Assembly (NCBI GenBank): GCA_051362555.1
Contig: CM120648.1
Location: forward strand, 18,844,587 to 18,908,586
Source of the DNA: Lingula anatina
Taxonomy: Eukaryota; Animalia; Brachiopoda
Reading direction: 5' to 3'
DNA: 64,000 nucleotides
Part shown: one piece after another, positions 58,901-64,000 of the stretch
Layout of the letters: each line of letters starts with the position of its first letter
Numbering within the stretch: the stretch's first letter is position 1
Notes under the pieces: generated by a model
Told to the model about the DNA's origin: nothing
The model's database searches: none
What the model saw: the letters and a program-made list of their open reading frames with translations, nothing else
Translations under genes and position numbers: made by a program

Positions 58901-61709
58901 TTACTATCATTCCTAGTATAGATGGAGGTGGATTCTGCATTACTATCATTCCTAGTATTCATGGAGGTGGATTCTGCATTACTATCATTCCTAGTATAGA
59001 TGGAGGTGGATTCTGCATTACTATCATTCCTAGTATTCATGGAGGTGGATTCTGCATTACTATCATTCCTAGTATAGATGGAGGTGGGTTCTGCATTACT
59101 ATCATTCCTAGTATTCATGGAGGTGGATTCTGCATTACTATCATTCCTAGTATTCATGGAGGTGGATTCTGCATTACTATCATTCCTAGTATTCATGGAG
59201 GTGGATTCTGCATTACTATCATTCATAGTATTCATGGAGGTGGATTCTGCATTACTATCATTCCTAGTATTCATGGAGGTGGGTTCTGCATTACTATCAT
59301 TCCTAGTATTCATGGAGGTGGGTTCTGCATTACTATCATTCCTAGTATTCATGGAGGTGGGTTCTGCATTACTATCATTCCTAGTATAGATGGAGGTGGA
59401 TTCTGCATTACTATCATTCCTAGTATAGATGGAGGTGGATTCTGCATTACTATCATTCCTAGTATAGATGGAGGTGGATTCTGCATTACTATCATTCCTA
59501 GTATTCATGGAGGTGGATTCTGCATTACTATCATTCCTAGTATTCATGGAGGTGGATTCTGCATTACTATCATTCCTAGTATTCATGGAGGTGGATTCTG
59601 CATTACTATCATTCCTAGTATTCATGGAGGTGGATTCTGCATTACTATCATTCCTAGTATAGATGGAGGTGGATTCTGCATTACTATCATTCCTAGTATT
59701 CATGGAGGTGGATTCTGCATTACTATCATTCCTAGTATAGATGGAGGTGGATTCTGCATTACTATCATTCCTAGTATTCATGGAGGTGGATTCTGCATTA
59801 CTATCATTCCTATTATTCATGGAGGTGGATTCTGCATTACTATCATTCCTAGTATTCATGGAGGTGGATTCTGCATTACTATCATTCCTAGTATTCATGG
59901 AGGTGGATTCTGCATTACTATCATTCCTAGTATAGATGGAGGTGGATTCTGCATTACTATCATTCCTAGTATAGATGGAGGTGGATTCTGCATTACTATC
60001 ATTCCTAGTATTAATGGAGGTGGATTCTGCATTACTATCATTCCTAGTATAGATGGAGGTGGATTCTGCATTACTATCATTCCTAGTATAGATGGAGGTG
60101 GATTCTGCATTACTATCATTCCTAGTATAGATGGAGGTGGATTCTGCATTACTATCATTCCTAGTATAGATGGAGGTGGATTCTGCATTACTATCATTCC
60201 TAGTATAGATGGAGGTGGATTCTGCATTACTATCATTCCTAGTATTCATGGAGGTGGATTCTGCATTACTATCATGCCTAGTATTCATGGAGGTGGATTC
60301 TGCATTACTATCATTCCTAGTATTCATGGAGGTGGATTCTGCATTACTATCATTCCTAGTATAGATGGAGGTGGATTCTGCATTACTATCATTCCTAGTA
60401 TAGATGGAGGTGGATTCTGCATTACTATCATTCCTAGTATAGATGGAGGTGGATTCTGCATTACTATCATTCCTAGTATTCATGGAGGTGGATTCTGCAT
60501 TACTATCATTCCTAGTATAGATGGAGGTGGATTCTGCATTACTATCATTCCTAGTATAGATGGAGGTGGATTCTGCATTACTATCATTCCTAGTATTCAT
60601 GGAGGTGGATTCTGCATTACTATCATCTACATAAGAACAAATACATGTACTTTATTACCAAACATTACATTTAAACCACTTTCAAGAACTAAGTTGAATA
60701 ACTTGGTCACATATTTCTTCCAAAGCAGTTATTACAATTTCATACATCAAATTCATACACTGTAGCTATATCATTTGACCTTTACTAGGCTAATTCATTA
60801 TAGTTACATTTCATACCTATGAACAACTGGCTGTCGTTTCCAGCCAATTCTTTGATACCCTCTACTGCAGTTTCTCCAATTATCTCTATTACCTGATCAG
60901 TATAAACATATAGAGATATATGTATATATAAAATATGCCTCCTGGTTATTGGACATTCCAATAGGGCATGTCTGTGAAACTCAGTGTTGACGTATTCATA
61001 TTCACAGAGTCAGTCTAAGTTAATTACTCTACTAAATATCATCTTGATGTTCTTAAAGCAATTAAATATAAAACGAAGTTAGCCATTGTGCAATTTAATA
61101 TACAAATTCATTTTTTTAAAAATAAATAACAAAATAACACCTTCTTCTTCCACTCTGACAGTGGACTGGGCCCCACACCACCACCCTTCTGCCGCATTGC
61201 TGCACGGCGTTTGGCCTCTTTGCGCTTAGTGCGAGACGTGAGGTCATGCCATTTTTTCCTGACCTCTCGGAAACTCCTCTTTATATGTGAAACACTGTTA
61301 ACTCTAAAAGGAAAGCATTCATAATTTTAATAAAAAAAATATATAAGAATCACCACTTTATTGCTTCATCATACTGTGCATGACCATGTCAAGATGTGTT
61401 AATAGAGAGCAATTACAATTACTTTTATTGAATAACTACAACAACATACCAAACTAAATCATCAATAAGCAATAATTAAATATAATGGATATAATTTTAA
61501 CATGGCAAAACAGACTACGATTAACAGAAAAGGACTGTTAATCATAATTATTCAACTTACTTTTCGGCAACTGCAGCCCATTGTTTTTCTTTGGACTTTA
61601 GAGTCACGGTGTTGGTGAAGGGGCTAAATAGTGTAGGTCTACACGAGACCTCCTCCACCAACACCGCGAGCTCATCGGTTTTATAACGCTCCCTGCTGTG
61701 TTTCTCCAT
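55705..61709 (-). CDS. Harbinger Myb/SANT-like DNA-binding protein (NAIF1-like) with repeat-expanded exon, ~1388 aa
   Basis: Exons 61709-61561, 61303-61141, 60892-60817, 60626-57105, 56422-56375, 55913-55705, all GT-AG and phase-compatible. ELAVLVEEV..KQWAAVAEKVN..R...EVRKKWHDL...GGG. C-terminal coiled coil. Confidence 0.8.
57150..60626. repeat. 39-bp minisatellite, ~89 copies
   Basis: Unit GGAGGTGGATTCTGCATTACTATCATTCCTAGTAT(AGAT/TCAT). Confidence 0.98.
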
Positions 61710-64000
61710 TTCACGTGCGATTTACTATCGTTCCTCCAAACAAAAAAGAACCGCTAGGCGTACGCGTGTGTTCGAGACTATAATTGTACTTCCGGACAGG
61801 CATTTATTGCGTTGCGTTTGCTAAGGCTTCGAGATATCAGGTGGGTGCAATCGCACTAGCAAATAGCGCACGCTAGCTATGCTATAGCGCGTGCGCAACA
61901 TAGCGATCCTTTCGAGATTCTGAGCCCAGCTCTCTCTAACACTACGGTCCTGGCAACAAACACAGCAGACACATCAAAGCCGAATACGTCCTCACCTGTC
62001 CCGATGGCAATCACAGTGCTATCCCCGGGACAAAGTCCAATCCGGAGACCAATCACAACGAGCAAGGCTCACTCAAGACGATCGACACAAATGTCTCTCT
62101 AACGAAGCCTAATAAGCACTTCGTGTATCTTTACGTACAGGTAGGCCTAACTATCAGTCGTTACGATGACAAATTGACGATTACTTTGAGATCTCACCTT
62201 GTAGAAGGGTGTGACTGGTTGAAAATCCGTTCCCTCCCATACGGTGGATGGAATGTGCTATTGTTCAACTTAGAAGTACCGTCACCGTTTGTTTGCTATC
62301 TACCCAAGATCTCCGTAAAGTTCAGAGGTACGTCAATATCGTTGAAAACAGGAAAAGCTGAATCCTGTCGACTGCGCCATTTGTAACTGAGTATCACAAC
62401 AAACATCGACTGAATCTCAGAAGAATCAGCTTCTTTATTCCTGTACATACATACACGCCAACGTGACAGTGTGAGTAAAAATAACTCAAGAATACTGTTC
62501 AGTCTGTCCGGAGATTCCGAGCTGCGCGTGCACATTGACTGAAGCGACGGCCATTTCCGCACTACTTTCAGCAAAATCGAGTGAGAATGGACGACTTTTG
62601 ATCTCTTCTTGTTTTCATGTGTATTTTTGTCAACTGTTGATGTGATTAAACGATATGTATATAAAAGGAAGCGGGAATGTCTAGGGATTCGGAATTTTAA
62701 GGTTAGTTGTCATAAAAAATAGATTTAGAACTGTAAAATGGGAGATTTATCCACGCGGGTGATTGCAAATGGAGCCCCGTTTCAGGTGTCCGCAATTTTC
62801 TATTTAAAGATTTCTGTAAGAATTTGAAATCTCACAATTTTTTAAAAACTAAATCATGAAAGCCAATTAAGCTGGGTTTCTGGCAGTATATATGTTTTGT
62901 AAATTCAGCTTTGTCCATTTTTTTTAGCGCGAGGTGAAATCGACGCCAAGCACTCGCATTTCTGAAGCGTGTCACACCAGTGCGTTTCAACTATTACAAA
63001 ATTGCTACAATGTTTATTTCACCAGCGTTTTACATATATTCTAAAAGCTAAACAAGTGGGCTTCGTGTTGAAATTAAATATATGTTGCGTTCGGGTCCCA
63101 ACTGGCTGGCAAAGTGTTAATAATCCCGTGAAGTCTGTGTAAAAGTTGCAAAACCGATTATTTCAGGTGCAGTAGGTTACTGTGATTATGTATCGCAGGA
63201 AACGCAAAATATTTTCAAACAATTATATCTTGCAGAAAGACGAGATCATAAACTTTCAAATGCTATATCATAAGGTATGTCTCCTACAATTTTTACCCAT
63301 TTTGTGTGGGGAAATAAGTGAATCTCCAAAACGACGACAAAATGGAACCCCATTTTCGTCATAATTTATAGCGTCACGTGACCAACCTGAAGCACTGACC
63401 CGACTTAGAAAGACTACAAGTTTTCTTAAATATTCTGAATATCAGAGCAAACAGATTACAATGAAAATAAAAATACGAACAAGGACTGTACATCAAACAT
63501 CAGATTTATTCCAAGAGTTATATGCTTCATTCTGAAAACATCAAAAATGGTATAGTTATGATCCACCCCACAAGAAATCCAGTGTGAATTTTGACTAATA
63601 TAGGAAGATATTGCTATATCTAGTAATAAATAAAACACGATTTTTTATTTGGATATATATTTACTGTACAATGAAGTACTGGCCTATGGCCAGGTTGTAC
63701 TTTTTAAAGCCTGAAAGGGTTTTGATAATAAAAAAAAATCATTCAGCACCGGTTTATTCATTATATTAAGATCTGCACTAATGCCTTGTTCTCTTATTTT
63801 ACTGCTCAAGATTTATTTCTATGTACTAGTACTATTTTTGTCTCTTACATATTAAAATATTTAAAATGAGGCCCTTCCAATTATGATTTGAAAAAATCCC
63901 TTATCTACTTAAATTTACATGCAAAATATTAAAATCTGTGTAATAAACACAACTAAGTAAACTTGTGTCCTTAAAACACTGTTCCTGGGAAATGTTCATT

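Larger units (their letters stand above)
45996..61926. mobile_element. PIF/Harbinger transposon, ~16 kb including nested insertions
   Basis: >60-bp TIRs GGCTC.GAATCTCGAAAGGATCGCTATGTTGCGCACGCGCTATAGCAT at both ends, flanked by CTG/CAG (CWG-type). Contains convergent transposase and Myb/SANT genes. Confidence 0.92.

Noticed and set aside
57150-60626. CRISPR array
   Set aside because: Head-to-tail repeats with no unique spacers, no cas genes, and a eukaryotic context.
57124-60765. 1213-aa + strand ORF (GGGFCITIIPSI repeats) as a gene
   Set aside because: It is the antisense reading of the 39-bp array. The minus-strand frame is the one joined to Myb exons by splice sites.
61930-64000. Short ORFs and CpG-richer sequence right of the Harbinger TIR
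   Set aside because: No recognisable motifs, consistent exon chain or paired termini within the window.

Overview
AT-rich, intron-containing animal DNA that looks invertebrate (mollusc-like repeats), not prokaryotic. The main result is a 14-15-exon gene on the + strand (~5872-39890/42604) that the ORF track shows only as fragments. Following splice sites by hand, every exon phase joins in frame into one ~1270-aa protein: NHL-repeat beta-propeller, Roc GTPase (GPYGVGKT, WDFAGQ, GTHKD), COR, and a complete caspase (LSHG, QACQG, SWR). This suggests a sensor/GTPase-dimeriser/initiator-caspase fusion ('Roco-caspase'), an architecture I do not recognise from characterised proteins. Its introns and flanks hold Helentron/HINE-type elements with internal satellites, a Tc1-derived foldback with nested insertions, a DIRS/Ngaro relic and MITEs. 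The right third is a ~16-kb PIF/Harbinger element. Its dead transposase is interrupted by a young Gypsy element with identical, non-TG..CA LTRs and is followed by an antisense, intron-lacking copy of itself (predicted hairpin RNA). Its Myb/SANT partner gene carries a 3.5-kb 39-bp minisatellite in frame within an exon. All gene models were made by eye and need RNA-seq or HMM confirmation.
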